This document shows positions 1-13,020 of a stretch of DNA of 37,747 bases, piece by piece (the first letter of the stretch is position 1; each line of letters opens with the position of its first letter). The DNA lies in contig CAXHJY010001726.1 of assembly GCA_964016885.1 (NCBI GenBank), positions 1 to 37,747 of the forward strand. Direction: 5' to 3'. The notes under the pieces are model-generated. The model was given only the letters and a program-made list of their open reading frames with translations. It searched no databases and was not told where the DNA came from. The stretch is from Eledone cirrhosa (Eukaryota). Position numbers and translations under genes: made by a program.

Positions 1-117
1 ATACCTCATACATGCCTATATATATATACGCACATATATATATATATATACACTGTATATACCCACTATTTTGTAGACTCGTTAAGTTATTCATTTTGCC
101 TCTTATTTCGCTTTACT

Positions 118-845
118 TAATGGTGGCGCTTCCGTGTTTTAAGGAGGTGGTAGTGTTGATGGTATTGGTGTTAGTAGTTGTGGTGGTGGTATTGGTGGTA
201 GTAATTGTGGTGGTTTTGGTAGCAGTGTTGATGCTATTGGAGGTAGTAGTTGTGGTGGTTGAGGTGGTAGTATGTTTAGTGTTTATGGTATTGGTAGTGG
301 TGCTGATGGTTGTAGTAACTTTGGTGGTATTGGTCTTAGTACTAATGATAGTGGTGTTGGTGGAAATTGTAATGCTGATGGTATTGGTGGTAGTAATACT
401 GGTTGTGTTGGTGGCAGTTGTAGTGGGAATGTTATTCTGGGTGTGTTTGTGGTGACAGGCATGATGGTTTTGGTGGGAGTTGTGGGGTTGTGGTGTCGAT
501 GATAATGGGAATGGTGGTTTTGTTGGTAGTGGGTATGATGATGGTGGTCGTTGTGGTGTTGGTGGTAGTAGGGACGATGGTCGTCATTAGTTGTGGATGT
601 GGTTCTAGTAGGGATTATGGTTGTTGAGGGGGTTGTGGTGATCGTCGTTTTCGTAGTGGTGAGGGTTTTGGTGGTGGTGGTGGTAGTGGGAATAACAATG
701 GTGGTTGTGGTGGTCGTTGTAGTGATTGGTAGTGTTGGTGATGATGGTGGTCGTGGTTCTGAATGTCTTGGTAGTGGTAATGCTGGTCGAGGTGATATTG
801 GGGCTGTGGTGGTTGTTATAGTGGTTGTTGTCGTGATGGTGGTTT
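118..845. repeat. Degenerate (GGT/GTT/GAT)n triplet low-complexity tract
   Basis: Continuous GTG/GGT/GTA triplets. The Val-rich and Gly-rich ORFs here are repeat translations. Confidence 0.9.
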
Positions 846-940
846 AGCTGCAGGTTTAGCTGGCCTCCTCCAAGGTATATCTCATTGGAGGGGTCTTGGG
901 TAATTTAATGATAGGGACCCCAGGCCTATCATCTCATTTC

Positions 941-1213
941 TACAGCTGAGTAAATTGGAGCAACGTGAAATAAAGTGTCTTGCTCAAGGAAACAACACAT
1001 CACCCGGTCCGAGAATTGGACTCACAACCTTTCGAGTGCAAGCCCAATGCTCTAACCACTAAGCCATGTGCCTTCACTACAGCTGACTAAACTGGAGTAA
1101 CGTGAAATAAAGTGCCTTGCTCAAGGAAACAACACGTCACCCGGTCCGAGAATTGAACTCACAACCTTTCGAGTGCAAGCCCAATCCTCTAACCACTAAG
1201 CCATGCGCCTTCA
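941..1213 (-). mobile_element. Tandem dimer (2 x 137 bp) of the 5' part of a tRNA-derived CORE-like SINE
   Basis: Units 941-1077 and 1078-1213 are near-identical. The minus strand reads TGAAGGCGCA-TGGCTTAGTGG (A box)...GAGTTCAATTC (B box)...GTTTCCTTGAGCAAGGCACTTTATTTCAC, which resembles the CORE/MIR motif CCTTGGGCAAGTCACTT. Confidence 0.85.
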
Positions 1214-1489
1214 TAAGATGAAGGCGTATGTGATGATGGTTGCAGCCGTGTGGTTGAAAGTTGGAGCGATGGTGGTGGTAGTGTAATAGGACAATCATTG
1301 AGATGATGATGATGATGGTGGTGGTGGTGGTCGTCGTGGTGGTGGTGGTGGTGGTGGTGGTGGTGGTGGTGGTAGGTTGGATGATTTTTGTTGTTTTTTG
1401 CTCTACGCCCCTGTTGAAGTCTATATTCTTGTTTAAATATATATTTATATATGTCTGTGTAGTGTGAATTATTTGAAAAACGGATTTGA

Positions 1490-1510
1490 ATATATATATA
1501 TATATATATA

Positions 1511-1563
<53 letters not shown>

Positions 1564-1572
1564 CTTGTATGA

Positions 1573-1642
<70 letters not shown>

Positions 1643-1668
1643 ATATTTATATATATATGCTTGTATGA

Positions 1669-1716
<48 letters not shown>

Positions 1717-1742
1717 ATATTTATATATATATGCTTGTATGA

Positions 1743-1781
<39 letters not shown>

Positions 1782-1992
1782 TATATATATATGTGTGTGT
1801 GTGTTTGTATATATATATATACTTGTATGAATGTATGTATATATATATTTGAATTGAATGTAGATATATTTGTATATACATATACGTCCTTGTGTTAGGG
1901 TATATATATATATATATGTATTTATATATATATATATATATGTGTGTGCGTGTGTAGATATGTATATATATACATGGGTGAGTGAGACTGTC

Positions 1993-2027
<35 letters not shown>

Positions 2028-2216
2028 GTATGTATATCTAGATATACAAAAATGTTTGTGCGAGTATATAAATATATATATGTGTGTGCGCGTATGTATG
2101 TATGGATGACTTCGTGTGTGTGTATATAGATATATAAATGTTTGTGTGTACAAATATACGTGCGTTTGTGTATATACAATATTTTGTGAGCGTATGTTTG
2201 AGTGTGTGTGTATCTC

Positions 2217-2247
<31 letters not shown>

Positions 2248-2752
2248 ATCTGTGTGTGTGTGAATTTGTGTGTATGTGTATCTATGTATGTGTATCTCTA
2301 TGTGTATATGTGTGTGTGTGTGTGTATCTGTGTGTGCGTCTGTGTATATGTGTGTGTATCTCTGTGTATATGTGTGTGTTTGTGTGTATCTATGTATGTA
2401 TCTGTGTGTGTGTGCGTATCTCTGTATGTGTGTGTATATGTGTGTGTCTGTGTATGTGTGGGTGTATCTGTCTGTGTGTCTGTGTATTTGTCTATGTGTG
2501 TGTGTGTGTGTGTGTGTATGTGTGTGGGTGTATATGTATGTGTGTGTGTGTGTGTGTATATTTGTGTGTGTGTGTGTATATTTGTGTGTGTGTGTGTATG
2601 TGTGTGTGTATTTGTCTCTGTGTGTATGTGTGTGTGTATTTGTCTCTGTGTGTGTGTGGGGGGGGGGTGTATCTGTCTGTCTCTGTGTGTGTGTATTTGT
2701 CTGTATGTGTGTGTGTGTATTTGTCTCTATGTGTGTGTGTGTGTGTGTGTGT
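1490..2752. repeat. Compound (TA)n/(TG)n microsatellite field, including about 4 copies of a CTTGTATGAATGTAT-anchored unit
   Basis: Seen directly. The anchor recurs near 1564, 1660, 1733 and 1822. Confidence 0.95.
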
Positions 2753-2819
2753 GAGAGGTGTGGGCAATTACATTTTATGACCGATAAAAATTTTATTTTT
2801 ATCATTATCGACACGAAAA

Positions 2820-3260
2820 ATACCATCATTGCAAATAACATCCATTATCACCAGCATCACCTTCAGCAGCAGCATCATCATCTTACACATCAACAAGAAC
2901 AACAGCACCAACGCCGCCACCACAACCACCATCATATTAACCATCATCATCGTCATCAAATTCATCATTATCATTATATTCATCATCACCATCATAAACA
3001 GCACCATCATTATCACCACCATCACCATCATAAACATCATCATCACCATCATCATTATCATCATCATCACCATCACCATCGTCATCATCATTATTATCAT
3101 CATCACCACCATCACCAACACCACCACCATCACCATCAAAAACATCATCACCATCATCATCATTATCATTATCATCACCATCATCACCATAATTATCGCC
3201 ATCATCACCACCACCATCATCATCATCATCATCATCACCATCATTATCATCATCATCATC
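2820..3260. repeat. (CAT/CAC)n triplet tract
   Basis: Seen directly. Source of the poly-His/Ile/Met/Asp pseudo-ORFs. Confidence 0.92.
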
Positions 3261-3282
3261 CAAAACAGAAACAGTTATTTTG

Positions 3283-3628
3283 TCAGTATCGGTAGAGCGA
3301 CAGACGCCATGTTTTGCAGCATAGAGTTATGGCCCCTTAAATTCTGAGTTCAAATCCCGCCGAGGTTAGATTTGCCTTTCATCCTTACGGGGTCGATAAA
3401 ATAAAGTACCAGTAATACACTGGGATAATTGCTGGCCTTGTACCAAGAAGTAGAAACAATTATTGGTGGATTGGCAGTATTGGTAGAGGGTCGGACGCCT
3501 TGCTTTGACGCATAGAGTTTCGGCCCTTGCCATTCTAAGTTCAAATCCAGCCGAGATTAACTTTGCCTTTCATCCTTACGGGGTCGATAAAATAAAGTAC
3601 CAGTAATACACTGGGGTTGTTTTAATAA
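3283..3628 (+). mobile_element. Head-to-tail dimer of a tRNA-derived SINE with a Meta-domain-like centre
   Basis: A-box-like TGGCAGTATTGG and B box GAGTTCAAATCC, followed twice by TTTGCCTTTCATCCTTACGGGGTCGATAAAATAAAGTACCAG. The first copy ends GCTGGCCTTGTACCAAGAAGTAGAAACAATTATT. The same family recurs at 12.7-13.0, 20.4, 20.7 and 23.9-24.6 kb. Confidence 0.88.
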
Positions 3629-3719
3629 CTCCACGATCTTAAGACTATGTGGTGACAAAGCAAATTCGTTCTGATGACATTTTCAGGTGTATATATATAG
3701 ATATATATAGATATATATA

Positions 3720-3815
3720 ATTGCTGGCCTTGTACCAAAAAGTAGAAACAATTATTATTATTATTATATTATGGTCGGACGCCATATTTTGCAGTATAGC
3801 GTTATGGCCCATTAC
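3720..3815 (+). mobile_element. Tail-plus-head junction fragment of the same SINE family
   Basis: TTGCTGGCCTTGTACCAAAAAGTAGAAACAATTATT followed by GGTCGGACGCCATATTTTGCAG...TTATGGCCC, matching parts of 3283-3455. Confidence 0.8.
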
Positions 3816-3885
3816 GTCCTTACGATGTTTCCATTGGTCTTTCCAATTGTTAATACTATCTACAGGTCGTAATTCCTGGCAGAAA

Positions 3886-4297
3886 TATATATATGTATGT
3901 ATATAGTTGTATATATAAATATATATATGTATATATATTTATATATATGTATATATATTTGTATATATGTATATATATATGTATATATATTTGTATATAT
4001 GTATATATATATATGTATATATATTTGTATATATGTATATATATGTATATATATGTATATCTATTTGTATATATGTATATATGTATATATATGTATATAT
4101 ATATGTATATATATATATATGTATATATATATGTATATCTATTTGTATATATGTATATATATATATATATATGTATATCTATTTGTATATATGTATATAT
4201 ATATATGTATATATATTTGTATATATGTATATATATATATATGTATATATATTTGTATATATGTATATATATATATGTATATATATTTGTATATATG

Positions 4298-4330
<33 letters not shown>

Positions 4331-4383
4331 TTGTATATATATATATATATATATATTTGTATATATATATATATATATATTTG

Positions 4384-4417
<34 letters not shown>

Positions 4418-4441
4418 TATGTATAGCTATTTGTATATATG

Positions 4442-4512
<71 letters not shown>

Positions 4513-4553
4513 AGCTATTTGTATATATGTATATATATATATATATAGATATA

Positions 4554-4622
<69 letters not shown>

Positions 4623-4715
4623 ATATATGTATATATATTTGTATATATGTATATATATTTGTATATATGTATATATATGTATATATATTTATATCTATGT
4701 ATATATATATATGTA
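3886..4715. repeat. (TA)n-based compound minisatellite (TATATATTTGTATATATG motif)
   Basis: Seen directly. Confidence 0.95.
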
Positions 4716-4980
4716 TAGAGGTAATTTATTCCGGGTTGAATCGGAGGTAACCACAGTAAGTAAGGTACTCAATACATTGCAGAGTATAAAAGTTTTAATA
4801 TCGATGAGATTCTACAGGACTAGAACTGTTTCATTCTTTAGAAATCATCAGGAATCTGGCTTTCCAAAAATAAATGTTGTGCTATTTATATCTTTTCAGG
4901 GGGTAGGGGGGGGGAGTGGCATGGGTGGAGGTCATTGGTTGATAGAAAAGGGAATTCATTAAAAGCTAATTCTTTAAGGC
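4716..4980 (-). mobile_element. Hammerhead-bearing interspersed element, family A (putative Penelope-like pseudo-LTR remnant)
   Basis: 4730-4836 aligns by eye with 25408-25516 (CCGGGTTGA.TCGG...TAACCACAGTAAGTAAGGTACTCAATACAT.GCAGAGTA...TTCTACAGGACTAG.ACTGTTTCATTC). Flanked by (TA)n and contains a type I hammerhead motif. The Penelope-like assignment is inference. The right boundary is approximate. Confidence 0.65.
4807..4857 (-). ncRNA. Minimal type I hammerhead ribozyme motif
   Basis: Minus strand: AGAUUC-CUGAUGA-uUUCuaaaGAAu-GAA-ACAG-uucuaguc-CUGU-A-GAAUCU. Stem I is 6 bp and perfect, stem III is 4 bp, the core is intact, and the cleavage triplet is GUA (cut between 4813 and 4812). The first stem II pair is a U.U mismatch. 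Confidence 0.85.
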
Positions 4981-4984
4981 TATA

Positions 4985-5088
4985 ATATATAATTTATATG
5001 TATGTACATATATATGTATATATATATTTTTATATATATATATATATATATTTGTATATATGTATATATATTTGTATATATGTATATG

Positions 5089-5122
<34 letters not shown>

Positions 5123-5417
5123 TATGTATGTATATATATATATATTTATGTATGTATATATATATATATATATATATACATATATATATGTATATATATA
5201 TATGTATATATGTATGTATGTATATATATATTTATGTATGTATGTATATATATATTTATGTATGTATGTACATATATATTTATATATGTATGCATATATA
5301 TATTTATATATGTATATGTATATTTATATATATATATGTATATGCTTATGATTATATGTATATATATATACACACACATATATATATATATATGTGTATA
5401 TATATATATATGTATAC

Positions 5418-5451
<34 letters not shown>

Positions 5452-5457
5452 GTATAC

Positions 5458-5490
<33 letters not shown>

Positions 5491-5577
5491 TATATGTATA
5501 CATATATATATATATGTGTGTTTATATGTATTTGTCTATATATGTATATGGGTGTATATACATATATATATATATGC

Positions 5578-5618
<41 letters not shown>

Positions 5619-5784
5619 TATATATACACACACACACACACATATATATATATATCAATTACATATATACATCCATAAAGCCATCTATACATCAAGATCT
5701 GTTGAAGTAGGATTGTGTTACATGTTGTTCCGTAATCGATACATCAATTTCTATACTCCGTGTATATATCGATATATATCTACG

Positions 5785-5836
<52 letters not shown>

Positions 5837-7058
5837 CGTGTTTGTGTCTATATATATATATATATGAATATGATCACCTGGTTGTGTATTTGTATGTTTG
5901 AAGGTAAGTTAGTATGTATATATATGTGTGTGTGTGTGTATATGTATGTATGTGTGTATGTGTGTGCATGTGTGTGTGTGTTTATGTATGTATATGTGTA
6001 TGTGTATATAGCTTTGTCTACTTATGTGTGTACGTGTGTGTTTGTGAGTATGTATATATGTGTGTATATGTATGTATGTATGTATGTATATATGTGTGTA
6101 TGTGTGTGCATGTGTGTGTGTGTTTATGTATGTATGTATATGTGTATGTGTGTATGTGTATATAGCTCTCTATAGCTTTGTCTGTCTACTTGTGTGTATA
6201 TATGTGTATGTATGTGTGTGTATGTATGTATGTGTGTGTGTGTGTGTGTGTATATGTATGTATGTATGTATATATGTGTGTATGTGTATATAGCTCTCTA
6301 TAGCTTTGTCTGTCTACTTATGTGTGTACGTATGTGTGTATGTATATATGTGTGTGTGTGTATGTGTATATAGCTCTCTATAGCTTTGTCTGTCTACTTA
6401 TGTGTGTGTGTCTATGTCTATATGTGTGTATGTGTGTGTGTATATGTATGTGTGTATATAGCTCTCTATAGCTTTGTCTGTCTACTTATGTGTGTGTGTA
6501 TGTGTGTTAACTCTCTATAGCTTTGTCTGTCTACTTATGTGTGTGTGTATGTATATATGTGTGTATGTGTATATATATATATCTTTCTCTCTTTGTTTGT
6601 GTGTACTTATGTATGTATGTATGTATGTATGTATGTATGTATGTGTGTATGCATATGTGTGTATATATATGTGTTTATGTGGCTGTCTGAATGTGTCTGT
6701 ATTTAAGTAAGTATGTATGTATGTGTGTATATATGTATCTCTATATATATGAATGTGTGTGTGTGTGTGTGTGTGTGTGACTCTTAGCTTATATTTGTGC
6801 ATCTATGTACATATATATGTTTGTGTGTGTGTATATAAGAATGTACGCGTCTTTTATCTATCTTGTATATATATATATATATATATATATATAATGTGTG
6901 TGTGTGTGTATATTTGTATGTACGTATATATGTATACTGTTATCTATTGTTACATAAATATATGCATAAATATATATATATATATATATATACATGCATG
7001 TACGCATGTATGCATTTATCTAGGTTTATATACGTATGTGTATGTATTTGTATGTACG

Positions 7059-7102
<44 letters not shown>

Positions 7103-7895
7103 CACATGTATATATATATATTATCTATATATGTATATGTGTGCGTGTGTTTGTGTACACATGAATGCATTTATGTATATGTATACGTAGGTGTATATAT
7201 ATGTATTTATACGTGTATGTGTGTAGACAGAAATACAACACTGACACTAGATCTATCCATATATACACCAATCTAAGTATTTTATTTACCTGTCTATCTA
7301 CCTACCTGAGAAACTACCTACCTGGCTCACTACCTGTCAAGCCTGTCTTTGATTTTGCCTGGTTTTTTACCGTCTTCAGCCTTCCTCCATCTTGTCACCT
7401 CCCTGTCACTCTATATAAGACGTACTATGATACATTTGACATATACATACACATACAAACACACATACTTACACACACACAGACACATATATATTATGTC
7501 TCTCTCTCTGTCTGTCTATCTATCTATCTCTCTCACTCCCATATACACAAACACATAAACACATACATACACAGTCTCTCTCTCTCCCATACACACAAAC
7601 ACATAGACACATGCATACACAGTCTCTCTCTCTCTCCCACATACACAAACACATACAGTCTCTCTCTATCTATCTCCCTCCCACATACACAAACACATAC
7701 ATACACAGTCTCTCTCTCTCTCCTACATACACAAACACATAAACACATACATACACAGTCTCTCTCTATCTATCTCTCTCTCTATCTATCTATCTATCTA
7801 TCTCTCCCACACACTCAAACACATACATACACAATCTCTCTATCTATCTATCTGTCTATCCCTCAAACACATTCACACATAAACACATACACAGA

Positions 7896-7942
<47 letters not shown>

Positions 7943-8212
7943 ACTCTCTCCCACACACACATACACACACACACAAACACATAAACACACACATACACAC
8001 GGTATGTATGTATGTATACATAAATACATATAGACACACATACACATACATACACACATACATAAGTACACACACACATACATAACTACATACAATCAGA
8101 GATATATACATATACGCATACACACATATATACATACAGACACGCATACATACACACTATGTATGTATTCCGGTATGTATATGTGCATAGATATATATAT
8201 GCATGTATATAA

Positions 8213-8270
<58 letters not shown>

Positions 8271-8298
8271 GTATATATATATGTAATATATATATATG

Positions 8299-8329
<31 letters not shown>

Positions 8330-9253
8330 GTATATATGTATATATATATGTAATATATATATATGTAATATATATATATATATATATATATATGAATATA
8401 TTTGTATATAGCTATATATATGTGTATATGTTTTTATATTTTTATATATTTGTATAATATATATATATATTTGTATATGTATGTGTATATATATATATGT
8501 ATTTCTATAATCGTATATATATATATAAATATATGTATATATATATGTCTATATATGTCTATATATATATATATATATATATATGTCTATATATATATAC
8601 AGATATATATGGTTCCATTAAAGTTTCAAGTCAACCATGGAAATACACGACCTGTTGTTTTACCATGTATCATATTTAGTATATATATATATTATATATA
8701 TATAATCTAGATATACATATAATATATATATAAAATACATATATATATATATATATAATAAATATTTATATATATATATCTCTATATATATATATATATA
8801 ATACATATATATATATATAATACATATATATATATATAATACATATATATATATATAATACATATATATATATATAATATATATATAATATATATATATA
8901 TATAATATATATATATAATATATATAATATATATATATTAATATATAATATATATATATAATATATATATATAATATATATAATATATATATATTAATAT
9001 ATAATATATATATATAATGTATATATATAATATATATATATATATAATATATATATTAATATATAATATATATATATAATATATATATATATAATATATA
9101 TATATAATATATATATATAATATATATATTAATATATAATATAATATATATATTAATATATAATATATATATATATTAATATATAATATATATATATATA
9201 TATTATATATATATATATAAATATATATATATATAAATATATATATATATAAT

Positions 9254-9287
<34 letters not shown>

Positions 9288-9322
9288 AATATATATATAT
9301 ATAATATATATATATAATATAT

Positions 9323-9353
<31 letters not shown>

Positions 9354-9366
9354 CATATAAATATAT

Positions 9367-9397
<31 letters not shown>

Positions 9398-9452
9398 CAT
9401 ATAAATATACATATAAATATATATATATATATATATAAATAAATATATATAT

Positions 9453-9484
<32 letters not shown>

Positions 9485-9505
9485 GTACATATATATATAT
9501 GTATG

Positions 9506-9568
<63 letters not shown>

Positions 9569-9600
9569 GTATAGTGTATATACACACATACACACATACA
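4985..9600. repeat. Large microsatellite field: (TA)n, (TG)n, (CA)n, (CT)n, (TATG)n and TAATATA variants with small unique islands
   Basis: Seen directly. Confidence 0.93.
6160..6540. repeat. Minisatellite anchored by CTCTCTATAGCTTTGTCTGTCTACTT with variable (TG/TA)n spacers
   Basis: The anchor occurs 5 times (about 6166, 6294, 6374, 6462, 6511), with a partial copy near 6007. Confidence 0.9.
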
Positions 9601-9899
9601 CACATTTGCAGTCGAATCTCCCCAAACAAAGAAAATCCGACGGACTCAGAGACAAAACGACCGAGAGAGATAGAGAGGCAGGCAGGCAGGCAGGCAGATA
9701 GATAGATAGAGAGCGGGGTAGAGTTACATTAAAAGAAAGATGGCGGCGGCGCTGTGTGTGTAAGGTTTACGAGAACGGTCTGAATCAATAAATAGATCGA
9801 TATTCTGAGGAGTGTAAATGCACTATACCATTCATGCTATCTGGAGAACCCGATCGGTGGAAGTTGTAAGATGACATATCTATACACAGACACATATAG

Positions 9900-9904
<5 letters not shown>

Positions 9905-9969
<65 letters not shown>

Positions 9970-10245
9970 TTATTTGTATTTACTTTCATATATATTTATA
10001 TATATATAAATATATATAATATATATATATATGTATATATATGTGTATATATATATATATACATGTGTGGATATGGATATATTTAAACATATATATATAG
10101 ATATATATATATATATATGTATATATATACATATATATATATATACACATATATATATACATACCCACATATACGTGTGTATATTAATGGATAAGTATAT
10201 ACATATACATATATATATATATTAAAGTATCAATATATATATATA

Positions 10246-10299
<54 letters not shown>

Positions 10300-10364
10300 T
10301 ATATAGGACACGTGAGACCTTTTCCATTAGGGGCAAGGAAAGGGCATCAATATATATATGTGTG

Positions 10365-10395
<31 letters not shown>

Positions 10396-11102
10396 TAGTA
10401 TACAGAAACTTGAACAGACAAAAAGAAGCAACAACATCTATCAAATGTCTATGTATATATAAATATATATATTATATATATATATTTATATATGTATGTA
10501 TAATTCATATATATTATATATATTTATATATATTTATATATATTATATATATTATATATATTTATATATATTATATATATATTATTATATATTATATATA
10601 TTTAAATATATTAAATATATATTTATATATTATATATTATATATATATATTATACATATATTTATATATATATTATATATATAGGAATTTTATATATATT
10701 ATATATATATATATTTATATATATTGTATATATATATATATGTTTATGTATATATGTATCATAAACATTTATATTATATATATATTATGTATATTTATAT
10801 TATATTTATATATTATATTATATATTTATATATTATATATATATTTATATATTATATATATATTTATATATTTTATATATATTATATATATTATATATAT
10901 TATATATATTTATATTATATATCTTCTTTTATGAATTTATATATTATATATATATATTATATACATTTATATTATATATTTTATATATATATATTTATAT
11001 AATATATATATATTATATATATATGTTTATATATAGTTATATACATTTTATATATATTTATATTATATATATTTATATATTATATATATTTATATATCAT
11101 AT

Positions 11103-11172
<70 letters not shown>

Positions 11173-11533
11173 ATATTTATATAACATATATAAATATATA
11201 TATCGCCCACGTCTTAACTCTTGTCGCTATTAAAGTTACACGCGTTTATTCTTTTTATTATTGTAGCGGTGCTACTTATTACTCTAGCTGCTGATGTTGC
11301 TGCTGCTGCTGTTGTTGTCTCTATCATCTTATAACTTCATAAAGTATTTGGTACTTTCTCAAACCCCTAACCATCCTCTTTTTCCCCCGTCCCCTTATCA
11401 ACTATCTAATATTTCCTAGATCTAAAGCCTGCCAATATCGAATCTAATACCTCACTGTATATATATCTCTCTCCTTCTATATATACGCATACATACCTAT
11501 ATATATATATCTATATATATATATATATATATA

Positions 11534-11580
<47 letters not shown>

Positions 11581-11660
11581 ATATATATATGATGTATATA
11601 TATCATATATATATATATATGTGTGTGTATATATATATGATGTATATATATAATATATAT

Positions 11661-11699
<39 letters not shown>

Positions 11700-11738
11700 T
11701 TGTATATATATATGATGTATATATAATATATATATCAT

Positions 11739-11784
<46 letters not shown>

Positions 11785-11980
11785 CTATATATATGATGTA
11801 TATATAATATATATATATATATATATATGTGTGTCTATATATATGATGTATATATAATATATATATCATATATATATATGTATATATATATATGTGTGTG
11901 TATATATATGATGTATATATGATATATAATATATATCATATATATATGTATATATATATATACAATATATATATATGTAT
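9905..11980. repeat. (TA)n-rich field with short unique islands
   Basis: Seen directly. Confidence 0.9.
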
Positions 11981-12284
11981 AGGAAAAAGTATGACCCCAA
12001 CGGCAGAGCTCAAGCCGTTTCAACGGCTATTTCTGGACTAAATGTTGTGCCTGGTGAATAAATAGCCGAACTTGACAAGAGGGTACTTCCTTATATGGGA
12101 AGATTGTAGTCCTCATAAGGATTGGTTAAAATTTGTTGTAAACACAAATAAGTCTATCATGGCAAATGGTGGGAGGTAGGGTGGCTGAACTTACCTGTAG
12201 AACAATATTTCCCACTCTACTACCCTAAGTATTGAGTACTCTGGTGCGTGATGGTCCATCTGGTTCCTTACTACACTTCCTTTG

Positions 12285-12350
<66 letters not shown>

Positions 12351-12416
12351 TATATGATGTATATGTAACATATTTTATATATATATATATATATATTTAA
12401 TGTATATGTAACATAT

Positions 12417-12450
<34 letters not shown>

Positions 12451-12505
12451 GTATATATAATATTTATCATATATATATATGATGTATATAAAATATATAA
12501 TATAT

Positions 12506-12566
<61 letters not shown>

Positions 12567-12572
12567 TCATAT

Positions 12573-12610
<38 letters not shown>

Positions 12611-12671
12611 TCATATATATATAATATATACATAATATATAATATATATATAACACATTATATATAATATA

Positions 12672-12753
12672 TATTGCTGGCCTTGTGCCAAAAGTAGAAA
12701 TAATTATATATAATATATATGTATATATATAGATATATGAATATATTATATAC

Positions 12754-12800
<47 letters not shown>

Positions 12801-13020
12801 GAATATATATATATAGTAGAGGGTCGGACGCCATGCTTTGACGCAAAAAGTTACGTCCCTTTACGATGTGAGTTCAAATCCCGCCGAGGTTAACTTTGCC
12901 TTTCATCCTTACGGAGTCGATAAATAAAGTACCAGTAATACACTGGTGTTGATTTAATCGACTTTACCCTCCCACAAAGTTGCTGGCCTTGTGCTTATAT
13001 AAGAAACCATTATTATTATT
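12672..13020 (+). mobile_element. Meta-domain-like SINE tail plus near-full copy, separated by an expanded (TA)n tract
   Basis: Tail TTGCTGGCCTTGTGCCAAAAGTAGAAA at 12674-12700. A copy from about 12816 reads GTAGAGGGTCGGACGCC...GAGTTCAAATCCCGCCGAGGTTAACTTTGCCTTTCATCCTTACGGAGTCGATAAA...GCTGGCCTTGTGC...(ATT)n. Confidence 0.87.

Noticed and set aside
1150-1213. tRNA gene
   Set aside because: A and B boxes are present but there is no convincing acceptor stem, and the sequence continues into a CORE-like domain, so it is a SINE head.
3671-3690. CTGATGA hammerhead core
   Set aside because: No downstream GAAA; it runs into a TA repeat.
6160-6540. CRISPR-like repeat-spacer pattern
   Set aside because: The 'spacers' are only (TG/TA)n microsatellite of variable length.
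9805-9830. CTGAGGA followed by a GTGT/GCAC hairpin as a hammerhead
   Set aside because: The required GAAA is replaced by TATA and there is no stem III.
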